Origin: an uncultured Desulfosarcina sp.
GTDB lineage: Bacteria; Desulfobacterota; Desulfobacteria; Desulfobacterales; Desulfosarcinaceae
DNA: 64,000 bases
Assembly (NCBI GenBank): GCA_963674945.2
Contig: CAXXWQ010000003.1
Span: 864,001 to 928,000 of the forward strand
Reading direction: 5' to 3'
Under the pieces are notes generated by a model, which saw only the letters and a list, made by a program, of their open reading frames with translations, was not told the origin of the DNA and made no database searches. The position numbers and the translations under genes are program-made. Each line of letters begins with the position of its first letter. The stretch's first letter is position 1. This document shows positions 9,563 to 19,943 of this stretch, piece by piece.

Positions 9563-10060
9563 TCAATCTTCGCTGTCCAAGTCATAATCGCCGAACAGAT
9601 AATCGCGGGCGGGGTTGAATGGTTTGAGATATTCCTCGGAAAATGGCTCGCCATGTTCTTTCTCATATTCTCGAACATTATGAATGGCGTTATTTGATAA
9701 AACATACTCCATGCGCCTACGCAGTTCGTCCAATTCAGAATAATGTATTGCCGTTTCAACCATATCTATCGGAATCAAGTCCATGATCAAATCATCTGGA
9801 TCACCAGGCCCATTATAGGTGCCATGTACCATTTCTTTAAGTATCTTTTCAGCCGCTTTTGTCCGACGATACATATCGGCAAACATATCCCCTTTCTCGT
9901 CATATTTATCCATATATCGGGTCGTGGATAGAATCGCCAATATCGCTTTTGCCCCATCACTGAGTGTTTCAGGAGATTCTTCGTATTTACGACGAAGCTG
10001 CTGATAGATATTGTCGCGCATTTCCTTAATTTCGTCATCGGTCAAATCATCTTCAGCCAT
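9563..10060 (-). CDS. Hypothetical protein
   Basis: 165 aa, acidic, G-rich RBS. Confidence 0.6.
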   Translation of the reverse strand: MAEDDLTDDEIKEMRDNIYQQLRRKYEESPETLSDGAKAILAILSTTRYMDKYDEKGDMFADMYRRTKAAEKILKEMVHGTYNGPGDPDDLIMDLIPIDMVETAIHYSELDELRRRMEYVLSNNAIHNVREYEKEHGEPFSEEYLKPFNPARDYLFGDYDLDSED

Positions 10061-10144
10061 GCTGCCCCCTGTATGTTGTAGTATGATACCATTTCAGACC
10101 ATTCCATATGGTATGTCTACGTGAAATTTAAACCGCCGTCAATA

Positions 10145-12226
10145 TTAAATATCCACCGTTTTCCTTTCCCGGGCAAGGTTTCTGGAAGCCGCTTGCCTCT
10201 GAGCCTCTTTTTCTCTTTCCTCATTGGCGATCGCCGCTTTGATCGGCTTTTCGACATCGAACCGCGAAGGCAGATTTAAAGCCGCAGCCCGCTTCCCGGA
10301 AAAGACCGATGCAGGCAACCTTTCTTTAAACCAAGCCGTCAACGCCTTCGATCCGGTTTCCCAAAGCCTTCGGGGAAGCATCGTATGATATTTGGACGGA
10401 ACCGCTGAACCGGCCAAAATCCGATCGCCGATTTGCATAATCGTCGGAGCGTCCTTGGGCGCTATTCCCAACCTTATCATTTGGGCCGCATATTCCGCCC
10501 GATGATCCGGTTTCTTCATTTCCGTTCGCACTTCCTTTATCACTCTCTCATCCTTCGGATGAACCGGTGCGAGCTTTCTTTTCCGCTCCATCGCGCTTCT
10601 CAGCGAAACATCCTTTTTCAATGTTGCTTTGAAATCGGGATAACTCGACGCCTCGGCCTTGAACGCTTCCTTGATTCGCTCCAATTCCTTCGGTAACAGC
10701 ACTGTTTCAATAGTGGAGGTCGCATACGGTTTCATGGTCTTCGGATTGTAAACATAACCGGCCAGCTCTTCGGCTGCCTGCCTTCGCGTAAGCGTTGCTT
10801 GAAATACGCCGATACCGGTCCATCGTTTCATAACATCGAGAATCTTTTGATCTTCATAAAGCCAACTCATCAAATCCGCTTCATCGGCAAGACCTTCCTC
10901 CAAGAGTATAGCCTCTTCCTTCGAAACAAATGGCGAAGCGATGATGTCATTCGAATCACCGGCTAAGAACTCATCGACCGCCGTCTTGTCAATAGACGAT
11001 AACGGACTCTTTTTATCCGTATCGTCCGGTAAAAAATCATCACGAACGGTAGACATCTCCCTTTCATGAATCTTTACCGCTTCACTCCGGGCGTACGAAC
11101 GTGCATATTGCCGCAACCGCTCTTCAATCCCGCTTCCCTCGCCCAACAAAGGTTCGTAGCTGGCCACAGCCTTAACCAAAGCATCAATGAAAGTCGCAGG
11201 TGTGACATCCCCTTCAGTAACGCTGGGATATTTCATAGTTGTCGCGGACACTGTTTTTTCGAGCATCGGCCAATGTTCAGCCAGAATCCGCCGGGCAATA
11301 TCTTCATCTTCCTTGGTTGCTTGTCGGTAACCGCCGGCGGCGTACTTGAAATGGCCTTTCCGATGCAATTCCCCAGTTTCCAGCTCGATACTTAACGGTT
11401 TACCAACAGCTTTAGGATTATGTAACCGTGGAACCCGCTCATATTTCTGATTTTTTAGTGTGGATTGAAGAAGACTGTCTCCGATGGTTTTCGTAATAGT
11501 TGTCTTTATCCCCGGAACATGAAAATCAACCTCATATTCCATTTTGGTGCCAACCTTTCGCGTAGATTTCACAACAAAAACCCTACCATCCGGGCGTCGA
11601 TATGTTCCTCCGACCGTTAGTTTAGTCTTTTCCTCTGCAACCCGCTCCTGGATGGTTTTCTTCCGCTCCTTGTCTTTGTAATACATTTCGTAATCGCCAC
11701 GATCGACCAGAGTGGTTTCACCCTTTGCATTGGTCACCTCGACAGTTTTACGTTCGACCACTTTCTTTGTAACATCATTGGCCCGATGAACCAGTTCGAT
11801 GTGGTTGACATTCATGGTCTTGGCTTCATGCTTCCCGGTCTTTGGATTGAGAAAAGCAACCGACACCCTCGGCGAAGGACCCGCAATAGACCCGCGGAAA
11901 ACCCCCTCACGCCCCTTTTCGCTGCCCCAGGTTATCTTCACTTTGTCGCCTTCAGAAAACCGCACCATATCCTTGCTATCAATTACATGATCCCGTTTAA
12001 TATCCTCGTGATGATCCTTTTCCTCTCCTTCACGATGATGGACTACCCGAGTCAATTTCGGCTTTTTCCCGGCATCCGGCTTCACCCAATAGATCCGTTC
12101 GACCCCATCCTTTCCAACGATCTTTTTCGGGACCAGATTAGTAAAATACCCGTGTTTGAACCCGGCCTTCTCCAAAAGCAGTTCATCCACTGACACGACT
12201 ACAAAATTCGACGCATCAAGGAACAT
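10145..12226 (-). CDS. Putative capsid-packaged protein with KOW/SH3-like and degenerate sigma70-like regions
   Basis: LLEKAG N-terminal motif; FSEGDKVKITWG KOW-like; region-2-like ARRILAEHWPML...ALVKAVASYEP; region-4-like TLTRRQAAEEL. Confidence 0.5.
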   Translation of the reverse strand: MFLDASNFVVVSVDELLLEKAGFKHGYFTNLVPKKIVGKDGVERIYWVKPDAGKKPKLTRVVHHREGEEKDHHEDIKRDHVIDSKDMVRFSEGDKVKITWGSEKGREGVFRGSIAGPSPRVSVAFLNPKTGKHEAKTMNVNHIELVHRANDVTKKVVERKTVEVTNAKGETTLVDRGDYEMYYKDKERKKTIQERVAEEKTKLTVGGTYRRPDGRVFVVKSTRKVGTKMEYEVDFHVPGIKTTITKTIGDSLLQSTLKNQKYERVPRLHNPKAVGKPLSIELETGELHRKGHFKYAAGGYRQATKEDEDIARRILAEHWPMLEKTVSATTMKYPSVTEGDVTPATFIDALVKAVASYEPLLGEGSGIEERLRQYARSYARSEAVKIHEREMSTVRDDFLPDDTDKKSPLSSIDKTAVDEFLAGDSNDIIASPFVSKEEAILLEEGLADEADLMSWLYEDQKILDVMKRWTGIGVFQATLTRRQAAEELAGYVYNPKTMKPYATSTIETVLLPKELERIKEAFKAEASSYPDFKATLKKDVSLRSAMERKRKLAPVHPKDERVIKEVRTEMKKPDHRAEYAAQMIRLGIAPKDAPTIMQIGDRILAGSAVPSKYHTMLPRRLWETGSKALTAWFKERLPASVFSGKRAAALNLPSRFDVEKPIKAAIANEEREKEAQRQAASRNLARERKTVDI

Positions 12227-12246
12227 ATCTCAACCTCCGCATAAAA

Positions 12247-12258
12247 GTAATTAATTAC
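12247..12258. promoter_or_regulatory. Palindrome GTAATTAATTAC
   Basis: Perfect copy about 20 bp upstream of the 693-aa gene. Confidence 0.75.
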
Positions 12259-13021
12259 TTGGATTTATAGGTAAAATTAACTGTTTTTCTTTCAATTCAC
12301 CAGTATCAGCACTGGGTGATCGTGACTTCAGATCGTCAATGGCATCAAGCACCTCTTTCGGGTCCCGGCCGGAAGCCTTCACATCCGCCTGGTGGAGAGC
12401 AAGCAATGGTTCGAAATGTTCATGTGCCATGAATTTTCGCGCATCTCTTTCGCCCGATCGGAGAAACTTGGTCCGCAGGTTCCCATGGTGGAGAACCAGG
12501 TGCCTGATCTCCTTTTTATCATCACGGGAGAAACCCAGGCGATCCAAAACCTTTCCCACCATTTTGTAGCCGGCGTACTCATGGCCATCGAAGACAATAC
12601 CGCGATCGGGATCTGCCTTTTGGGTTTCCGCCTTTCCGATGTCATGCAGCAAAGCCGCCCACCGCACGTTATCGCTGGCATCCGCCGGCAAATGTTTGAT
12701 GACCTGCATCGTATGATCAAACGCATCCCGGTAAGGGTGATGGGCGCCCTGCTCCACCCCGTACAAGGTGACCACCTCGGGCAGAGAATTCATGAAGCCG
12801 CCGGTCTTGATCTTCGTCTCCAGCTCTTTCAACCCATCCGGGCTTTGAAGCAGTTTCGTCACGGTTTCCCGGATCTTCACCATCCCCTTGTCAGGTGCAA
12901 CGAAATGACGAACCTTTTGTTTCGATGAATGAGAACCCCTTTTATCCCGCTTGTCATCGTGCTCTTTGACGACCTGGAGCTTTCCCTGCCGATATCGAGT
13001 GTATTGCTTAACGTGGGACAT
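12251..13021 (-). CDS. HD-domain phosphohydrolase (CCA-enzyme-type HD) with N-terminal SHVKQYTR motif
   Basis: EQGAHHP..DAFDHT, WAALLHDIGK, GHE, HH, AD metal-binding pattern. Confidence 0.8.
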   Translation of the reverse strand: MSHVKQYTRYRQGKLQVVKEHDDKRDKRGSHSSKQKVRHFVAPDKGMVKIRETVTKLLQSPDGLKELETKIKTGGFMNSLPEVVTLYGVEQGAHHPYRDAFDHTMQVIKHLPADASDNVRWAALLHDIGKAETQKADPDRGIVFDGHEYAGYKMVGKVLDRLGFSRDDKKEIRHLVLHHGNLRTKFLRSGERDARKFMAHEHFEPLLALHQADVKASGRDPKEVLDAIDDLKSRSPSADTGELKEKQLILPINPSN

Positions 13022-13030
13022 AAACCTCCG

Positions 13031-13324
13031 CTACTTCTTGACGATGAATTTCCTCGATCGGCGTTCGTCTTCCATGGGAATTGCCTTTCGGCGTTTTTCG
13101 ACAAATTCCCATGGACTCGAAATGGTAACCATGTCACCGTCTTTGACCGTCGAATCCTCGTACTGGCACTCAACGCCTTGATTTTGAATCGTACCGGCAA
13201 AAAGAGGACAGGCAGCACAGTAATTTTTCTGATGTGTTTCATCCAAAACGGCAACCTGCCTGAGATATTCACAATAGATTTGATTATTCAAATCGGGATA
13301 GTTCAAATGCAGAACGTTTTTCAT
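13031..13324 (-). CDS. Small Cys-rich hypothetical protein
   Basis: 97 aa, YCAACP, GGGGG RBS. Confidence 0.6.
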   Translation of the reverse strand: MKNVLHLNYPDLNNQIYCEYLRQVAVLDETHQKNYCAACPLFAGTIQNQGVECQYEDSTVKDGDMVTISSPWEFVEKRRKAIPMEDERRSRKFIVKK

Positions 13325-13852
13325 GCTTTCCCCCTTACGGCCGACTGGTGTTACCGAATCGATCCGTCAATTCCAGATCAACCCAATACATCGGAATGAC
13401 GCCATTCGGATCTTTGACAACATGTTCATCATTCACCACGGCGCTGCTGTATCCTGGGACCATTTTTCCTTTTGGAGCAAAAATCGAATCTGCCTTGGTG
13501 ATATCTGCTATTTCATGCCTTTTACTGTTCGACGCACCAGTGGATTTATCGTGCACCTTGCCCAAGGAAATTTTATTGATCAAAAAGACCCCGCGGGTCC
13601 CGGGTTGCCTGGTCACATGACAATCCCCTTTGAGATATTGCGCAGATTTGGAACTCATGTCTGTGACATACACACCCCCGCCAAGCATCCCACCGCTTGA
13701 AGCCCGGTACGCAGACTTCACGATACCGGCTGCAGCAGCAAAATTGGTGGAATGGTAACCGAACATGATATTGTCTCGATCTTTTTCAATTCTCTTGAAT
13801 TTATCGTACTGATCCATGCCTCCAATCTGATAAATGCCATGAACCTTAAAAT

Positions 13853-16308
13853 CAGGAAACTTGATTTCCTAATTGTTGCATATGGCAAGCAAAACATAAT
13901 GTAAGTGGTTGAAAAACAGAAAGATAGGAGTCTGAATCCAGCAGGCCGGTAAGGTATTGCAACCGGAAAATGAACATGGCACCTTTAACCTTATTATCTT
14001 GGCGGATAAATGAAAGGAAAAGGATGCCATGCCTCAACAGATACTACCACTTATTCCTCGGGGTGCAAGACAAATCAACGGGCTTGTCAGTGTATTTCGT
14101 GACGATACGACCTGGACCTATTTTCTATCGACCGTTCCGATTTATTCTCACAGACAAGGCGATCAACGAATGTTTCGGATGATAACAGCCCAACTGGTTG
14201 AATCCGGAGCTTGCCGCCAGATCGATATCCAAAACACATTCGGCGTATCCAAGAGCAATGTCATCCGATCCGTGAACAAACTCAGGTCCGGCGGCGCCGA
14301 GGCATTTTTCGTTCAGCGGCGGGGACGACGCGGCGGCAAGGTTTTCAAACCTGAGGTGCTTGAACAAGCCCAACGTTTACTGGATCAAGGGTGCTCGAAA
14401 AAAGATGCCGCCCTGGAACTTGGCATTAAATACGATACGTTTCGCAAAGCTATAGATGATGGTCGGTTAATCGAATCAAGGATTGGTGAACCGTGTCTAA
14501 CCAAATCAGATCGGGACATGGTCGACATGGCTGCTGCCGATGGTATGGGGACGGCTTGCAACCGAGTCGGGGAACGCATATTGGCATCATTGGGCAAAAT
14601 GGTTGGTGCGCCGGTTCGTTTTGACAGATGCCTGGACGTTCCCAAAGCAGGCGTTCTTTGTGCGATACCGTCATTGGTGGCAAACGGGTTGTTTACCGGC
14701 GCAAAACAGTTCCTCGGCCAAGTCAAAGGCTATTACACGATCTTTCATGTCTTGTTGCTGCTTTCGTTTATGGCCTTATGCAGGATCAAGACGACAGAAA
14801 AAATACGAGGCCATGCTCCGGGAGAATTTGGTAAGTTATTGGGCTTGGATCGTGCACCGGAGGTTCGCTGTTTGCGTTACAAGATGGATGCGTTGAGCGC
14901 AGACCACGGCGCGGAAAAGTGGGCCGCATACCTCGGTAAATACTGGATGGAACAGGCGCCCGAATCGGTTGGCGCGCTTTATGTTGACGGGCATGTACGT
15001 GTTTATCATGGAAAATTGACCCGACTACCGCGCCGCTACGTGTCCCGGGAACGATTGTGCATGAGGGGCATTACCGACTATTGGGTTAACGATGCGATTG
15101 GCCGACCTTTTTTTGTCGTCGAAAAGCAGATCGATCCTGGATTATTGGCGGTTTTAAGAGACGATATCGTTCCCCGGTTGTTGCAAGACGTTCCGAATCA
15201 ACCCGGTTTGCAGCAACTACAAGAGAACCCATGTTTATGCCGGTTCGTTCTTGTTTTCGACAGGGAAGGATATAGTCCCGCATTCTTCAAGGAAATGTGG
15301 GATCGCCATCGAATCGGCTGCATGACGTATCATAAGCATCCTGGTGAATCATGGCCGGAGCATTGGTTCACCGAGTATGAAGTTGCGATGCCAAACAAAG
15401 AGGTGGTGAAGATGCGGCTTTGCGAAATGGGTAGTTTGGTGGGATCTGGTAAGGGTGCAACATGGATGCGACAAGTGCGAAAACTGACCGATTCCGGACA
15501 CCAGACCAGCGTAATCAGCACCGCTTTCGATTTGCCGCATACTCAATTGGCAGCACGCATGTTCAGCCGGTGGTGTCAGGAAAACTTTTTCAACTATATG
15601 ATGCAACATTTTGATATCGATGTGCTTTTAGATTATGGTGTCGTTGAATTTCCTGATACCGAACGGGTAATCAACCCCGTTTGGCGGCAATTGAATCAAT
15701 CCCGTAATTCGTTGCAGAACAAGCTACGATATCGTCGTGCCTGTTTTGCCGAGATGACCATTCACCCTGAAAATGAAGACAAACCGGTAAAGTTTAAGAA
15801 GTGGATAGAGAAAAAGGCCGAGCTGTTAGAAGAAATCGAAAAGATGGAGTATCAACTCAGCGAGTTGAAAGAAAAACGAAAACAGACAAGTAAACACATC
15901 ACGTGGGGAGAACTTGAAGCAAAAGATAAATTTTTACGTTTACAACCGGGCAGAAAACGCCTGATGGACACGGTTCGTATGATTGCATATCGTGCAGAGA
16001 CGGCAATGGTTGGGTTGCTCACGGGTCCGACGGTAAACTCGTCGGATGCACGGAGTCTTCTCCAGACACTGTTCCAGACCGAAGGCGATGTACTGCCCGA
16101 TATTGAAAATCAGCAATTGAATATACGATTGCACGGCGCTTCGTTCCCAGCGGCCAATCGGGCTCTTTGCCAACTGTTTGCGCATCTGAACAGTGCGCAG
16201 GTAAAATACCCCGGTACCGAGCTGCAAATGATATTCGAACTAAATGGCTGCAGCACCTCAAATCATGCCGGAGGTGTCACATAGTTTTCCCGGAGATGCA
16301 GTGTTCTG
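13853..16308 (+). mobile_element. 2456-bp insertion sequence, copy 1 (family unassigned)
   Basis: Near-identical to 52978-55433; ends CAGGAAAC...GTGTTCTG; 5-bp target duplication AAAAT at 13848-13852 and 16309-16313. Confidence 0.95.
14029..16284 (+). CDS. Transposase (751 aa, DDE-like)
   Basis: Sole long ORF of the repeated element; YVDGH, VFDREG and RWCQENFF motifs. Confidence 0.9.
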   Translation: MPQQILPLIPRGARQINGLVSVFRDDTTWTYFLSTVPIYSHRQGDQRMFRMITAQLVESGACRQIDIQNTFGVSKSNVIRSVNKLRSGGAEAFFVQRRGRRGGKVFKPEVLEQAQRLLDQGCSKKDAALELGIKYDTFRKAIDDGRLIESRIGEPCLTKSDRDMVDMAAADGMGTACNRVGERILASLGKMVGAPVRFDRCLDVPKAGVLCAIPSLVANGLFTGAKQFLGQVKGYYTIFHVLLLLSFMALCRIKTTEKIRGHAPGEFGKLLGLDRAPEVRCLRYKMDALSADHGAEKWAAYLGKYWMEQAPESVGALYVDGHVRVYHGKLTRLPRRYVSRERLCMRGITDYWVNDAIGRPFFVVEKQIDPGLLAVLRDDIVPRLLQDVPNQPGLQQLQENPCLCRFVLVFDREGYSPAFFKEMWDRHRIGCMTYHKHPGESWPEHWFTEYEVAMPNKEVVKMRLCEMGSLVGSGKGATWMRQVRKLTDSGHQTSVISTAFDLPHTQLAARMFSRWCQENFFNYMMQHFDIDVLLDYGVVEFPDTERVINPVWRQLNQSRNSLQNKLRYRRACFAEMTIHPENEDKPVKFKKWIEKKAELLEEIEKMEYQLSELKEKRKQTSKHITWGELEAKDKFLRLQPGRKRLMDTVRMIAYRAETAMVGLLTGPTVNSSDARSLLQTLFQTEGDVLPDIENQQLNIRLHGASFPAANRALCQLFAHLNSAQVKYPGTELQMIFELNGCSTSNHAGGVT

Positions 16309-18756
16309 AAAATAGAATCCACCATGGGCCTTTTTATCCCACCGATTTTCAATCTTCTTCATGATGAAATCGTGAGTCTTTTGGTCAACCGATTTAAAAG
16401 TGCACCCCAGATTATTTGGCGGCGGCTCCCCTTGATTTTTGGCAGGAGCATTTACATCCACCCCTTTTGCCTTGAGCTTTTTCTGCTTCTCGACCTCTTT
16501 CCAATATCTCTTGGACATCTGATCGACGACGCCATCATAGGAGCCAGATTTTCTAGCGATCTTCATGCCGATAGCCCGGGGACCTTCCTTATCCATCAAC
16601 CCTTTGGGAAAAACTCGAGCCGTGAATTCACGGTCGTAATTTTTCGATATTCTCGTAGAGCCCTCTTTGGCAACATAATTTGCCGCAAACTGATCCCGCA
16701 TCATGTCATTGGCCTGAATCTTTTCATCGACCTTATCACTCATGGATTCAGTCACTTTTGTTGCCAGCGAAATATCAAAAATTTCAGTATGAGTTCTCCA
16801 ATGATTTGTCGGATCCGGTTTAGAACCATCTGCAAGCAGATATTGAACCAAATCATGATGTTCACTTATCCAATAGCTGCTACGATTGAACATGTTTCTT
16901 ATTATACTGTTTCTGTTATAATGAGACCCAAAATTACCCACCACTTCTTTGACAATACTGCTCTTTAACTCCAAATGATTCATGTACGAATCGGTATTGT
17001 AAATTTTTGCTCCTGGTTTTGTTTTTGTCGACGGATTATCGGCGATAAATTTTTCATAGCCGGTAAGAAAATCCCTTAATGTCATCTGGTCAGCCGGCTT
17101 GCCAAAGTCTGGGCCGGCCATGGCGTGCATCAAAGTTAAACATGAATCATGATCAAACCTGGGCGCATGATCCAGTAAAGAGTAATGCTTCAAAGTATTT
17201 GAGACATTACTGTCGAGATGAACATGATCCTCCATTTGTTCAGAGAAGCCTCCGGTGACCTTTTTGGAAATACGTTTATATGTATATTCAAGCACATGAT
17301 TGATCACATCAAAAGCCTTATGCTCTCGACCCTTTTCCGCCATACTCTTCAAATCAGTTTGGATATCTTCGATATGTGGCTTGACGTCTTTGTCATAATC
17401 GTATCCGGCCTTTTCCCAATCATCCTTGCTGTAGAACGCAAAACCAACCAGGTTACTTGAAACCTCCGGATCATTTATCGACCAATCATTAGGCGGCCGA
17501 TAAGCCAAAATTTTGAATGAACGCCGGCTGTACCTTGAATTCAAATCAGAATTCACCCATTGCGGAACCGTATAACCAGTTCGAGTTTTAATCCCATACC
17601 AGCTCCCATTGCTTTTGTTGTAACCTTGATAACTTGACCGCCCACTGCTGCCCCTTTTGGCCGTAATCAATTGAAGATTCTTTTCGATGTACTCGGCAGC
17701 AGCAGGATCCAGCGGAACCATGCCAGTGACCTTGGCTATAGATCGCTGTTTCTCGGTTGAATATTTCCAAGCCTCCCTTTTATCGTGAGGAAAATCCTGG
17801 GCCGTTTTGATAGGTTCAACCTTTTTCGGCTCCGGTTTCGCATCGGGTTTGATATCGACTGCAGGTGTATTGCCTGGGGTCAACGACGGCTGCCCGGACA
17901 AATTGACCAATGCCTTCGGACTTGCATCGGTATAAGTTCCATCATCCAGCTTCATTCGAACGACATCGTATTTGTCGGAATAGGAAGTGACCACTCCCTC
18001 TTTATCATGATGCTTGCTGCGAGGATTGCTGATGCGAACCTTGTCACCCGGATCGAAAGTGGTTTTGGGAGGTGCCGCCGGAGCCGGTTTACTATCCGGA
18101 GCTGCACTTTTGGCTTTTTTCGGTGTTTGGTTCTGGGCCCGCTTAATCAATTCGGCTTCGATCTTCTTGGCAACATCCCTTTTGTCTTGGCTGTTTGCCC
18201 ACTCCAGAAGTGCACGCATGAAATTGTAAAGCTTCTGGTCGCCCTTGATTTTCCCGATCCGGGCTTCCAATTGCTTGGCATCCATTCCCTCGACACGTTG
18301 CTTTTCATGCTTCATGTCATTATGAACGAAAGACACCCCAACCAGGCCAAGGGCCAGCTTTGCACCATCCAGATCCGTCACCCCGGGCGCCGGCGTAGCG
18401 GCGGGCGCCGTCGGCGCTGCCGCCGGTGTGGGAGCCGCACCCGTATGGGGTTCAAGTAAATGAGGCTCGAAATCGGCCGTATGACTCTTCCCGGGGATCT
18501 CCAGTCGGATGACATCGTATTTGTCAGAGTAATGCTTAACCTTCATCACCTGGTCATGGAATTTGCTCCGAGGATTATTCACTCGGACCATATGCCCCTG
18601 GTGAAACTCGGCATCCGCCTTGCCATGGATCTTCGAATCATAATCTTTGATATGAATCAGTTTTCCGGTTTTCGGATCTCTTCGGAAATGAGATTTCACA
18701 TGGGCTTTTTCAAGATCGATGGTGATGTAATGGCGCATACCCCCCCCTCCATCATT

Positions 18757-18768
18757 GTAATTAATTAC
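18757..18768. promoter_or_regulatory. Palindrome GTAATTAATTAC
   Basis: Perfect copy upstream of the PARP-like gene. Confidence 0.75.
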
Positions 18769-18792
18769 TTTTGCCAGATGATAAAAAAATAG

Positions 18793-19548
18793 TTACACGA
18801 ATAAGACACACAGTACGTCTCTTCGACAGTTGGACCTCTCCATCCCATCCAAATCGAGGGCTTTCTTTATTGACTCCTTGAGACGGTCATACTCAGCCTT
18901 GATCTTGTCGCGCTCCGGACCAGCCTTTGAATGGGCCAGAATTTCCTCCAGGTTCTCCAGATAATCAGCTTTCGAAATACGAAATTTACTGGCACATCGA
19001 CAAGGTTTTTCACTCCCACAGGCAGAGCAAATTGTATTGTATTTTTGAAGATAATCCGACTTGCTCAACCCGGTGAAAGACAATGACTTGATCATCCCCT
19101 TGGACTGAATGGCAAGGCGCTGCTTAAAGACTGACATGTCCATCTCGGTCATCCCACCGAACAACTTTTGGCCGATCTTGTCGTAATTCGCCATGAAGGC
19201 CGCTTTCGCATCTTCCTTGGAATCGAAACAAAGAAAAACCTTATCCTCGTCGAACTTCCCATTGTCAGCCCGGTTCATGTGGACCACGAAAACTCTCTCA
19301 GAACCCCGTGACGGCCCGATAAAGCAATCGATATGATCATCGTCGGCACCCTTTCGCCGAACCTCATCAGAAAGACGGATATACCCGTAAGCATGCTTCA
19401 TTTTGGTTCGCCACTCGTGGCCATCCTTATCGACACCTTTGCGGACAGATCCCTTGCGATTCTCGATCGAAATATTCAGTCCTTGAAAATCCGTCCGCCC
19501 TTGGAGCTTATAGGCTTTTTTTTCAAGATCGATGATCAATTTTGTCAT
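18793..19548 (-). CDS. Inorganic-pyrophosphatase-like (InPase) domain protein of the type seen in phage polyvalent proteins
   Basis: ISIENRKGSVRKG.D.DG..W...M...YGYI, GADDDHIDCFIG, FDEDKV motifs; start MTKLIIDLEKKA. Confidence 0.75.
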   Translation of the reverse strand: MTKLIIDLEKKAYKLQGRTDFQGLNISIENRKGSVRKGVDKDGHEWRTKMKHAYGYIRLSDEVRRKGADDDHIDCFIGPSRGSERVFVVHMNRADNGKFDEDKVFLCFDSKEDAKAAFMANYDKIGQKLFGGMTEMDMSVFKQRLAIQSKGMIKSLSFTGLSKSDYLQKYNTICSACGSEKPCRCASKFRISKADYLENLEEILAHSKAGPERDKIKAEYDRLKESIKKALDLDGMERSNCRRDVLCVLFV

Positions 19549-19576
19549 TGCGGGTCCCTCTCTATTTATACTCATT

Positions 19577-19588
19577 GTAATTAATTAC
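19577..19588. promoter_or_regulatory. Palindrome GTAATTAATTAC
   Basis: Perfect copy upstream of the InPase-like gene. Confidence 0.75.
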
Positions 19589-19649
19589 TTTAACATGAAA
19601 CAATGTTATTCCGCAATAATTTTTAAAATCTGAAGTCATATTTTGCCCC

Positions 19650-19677
19650 TTGACAATAGTACCAATATTGATACTAT
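19650..19677 (+). promoter_or_regulatory. Sigma70 promoter with overlapping operator for hicAB
   Basis: TTGACA-16-TACTAT; inverted repeat ATAGTA...TACTAT at 19656-19677; ATG 5 bp downstream with no SD (probably leaderless). Confidence 0.7.
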
Positions 19678-19682
19678 AAGCC

Positions 19683-19943
19683 ATGGTAAAAATCGATGAC
19701 CTACTATTGATATTGAAGCGAAATCCGAAGGATATCCGATTTTCAGATTTGTGCAAAGTATGTGACCATTTTTTTGGAGAGGCGCGACAGAAAAAAAGCA
19801 GTCATCGAATTTACAAGACACCTTGGCAAGGCGATCCAAGGGTAAATATCCAAAATGAAAAAGGAAAGGCCAAAGCATATCAAGTAAAGCAGGTGCTTTT
19901 GGCTATCGAGAAATTGGAGGTAAGCCATGGCCAAAAAAAATGA
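19683..19943 (+). CDS. hicA: HicA-like toxin
   Basis: NPKDIRFSDL, SSHRIYK, GKAKAYQVKQV; overlaps the antitoxin gene. Confidence 0.8.
   Translation: MVKIDDLLLILKRNPKDIRFSDLCKVCDHFFGEARQKKSSHRIYKTPWQGDPRVNIQNEKGKAKAYQVKQVLLAIEKLEVSHGQKK

Larger units (their letters stand above)
13335..18738 (-). pseudogene. IS-disrupted 980-aa protein with C-terminal PARP-like (ART H-Y-E) catalytic domain
   Basis: Removing IS 13853-16308 and one AAAAT copy fuses the 826-aa and 160-aa ORFs in frame (AHGGFYFKVHGIYQIGGMDQY); motifs GYHST, GGMLGGGVYVTDMSSKSAQY, VFLINKISLG, NDEHVV. Confidence 0.85.

Noticed and set aside
19549..19588. All ATGs next to the palindrome as leaderless starts
   Set aside because: At 19575 and 29668 better SD-linked starts lie just downstream; only the endolysin case remains plausible
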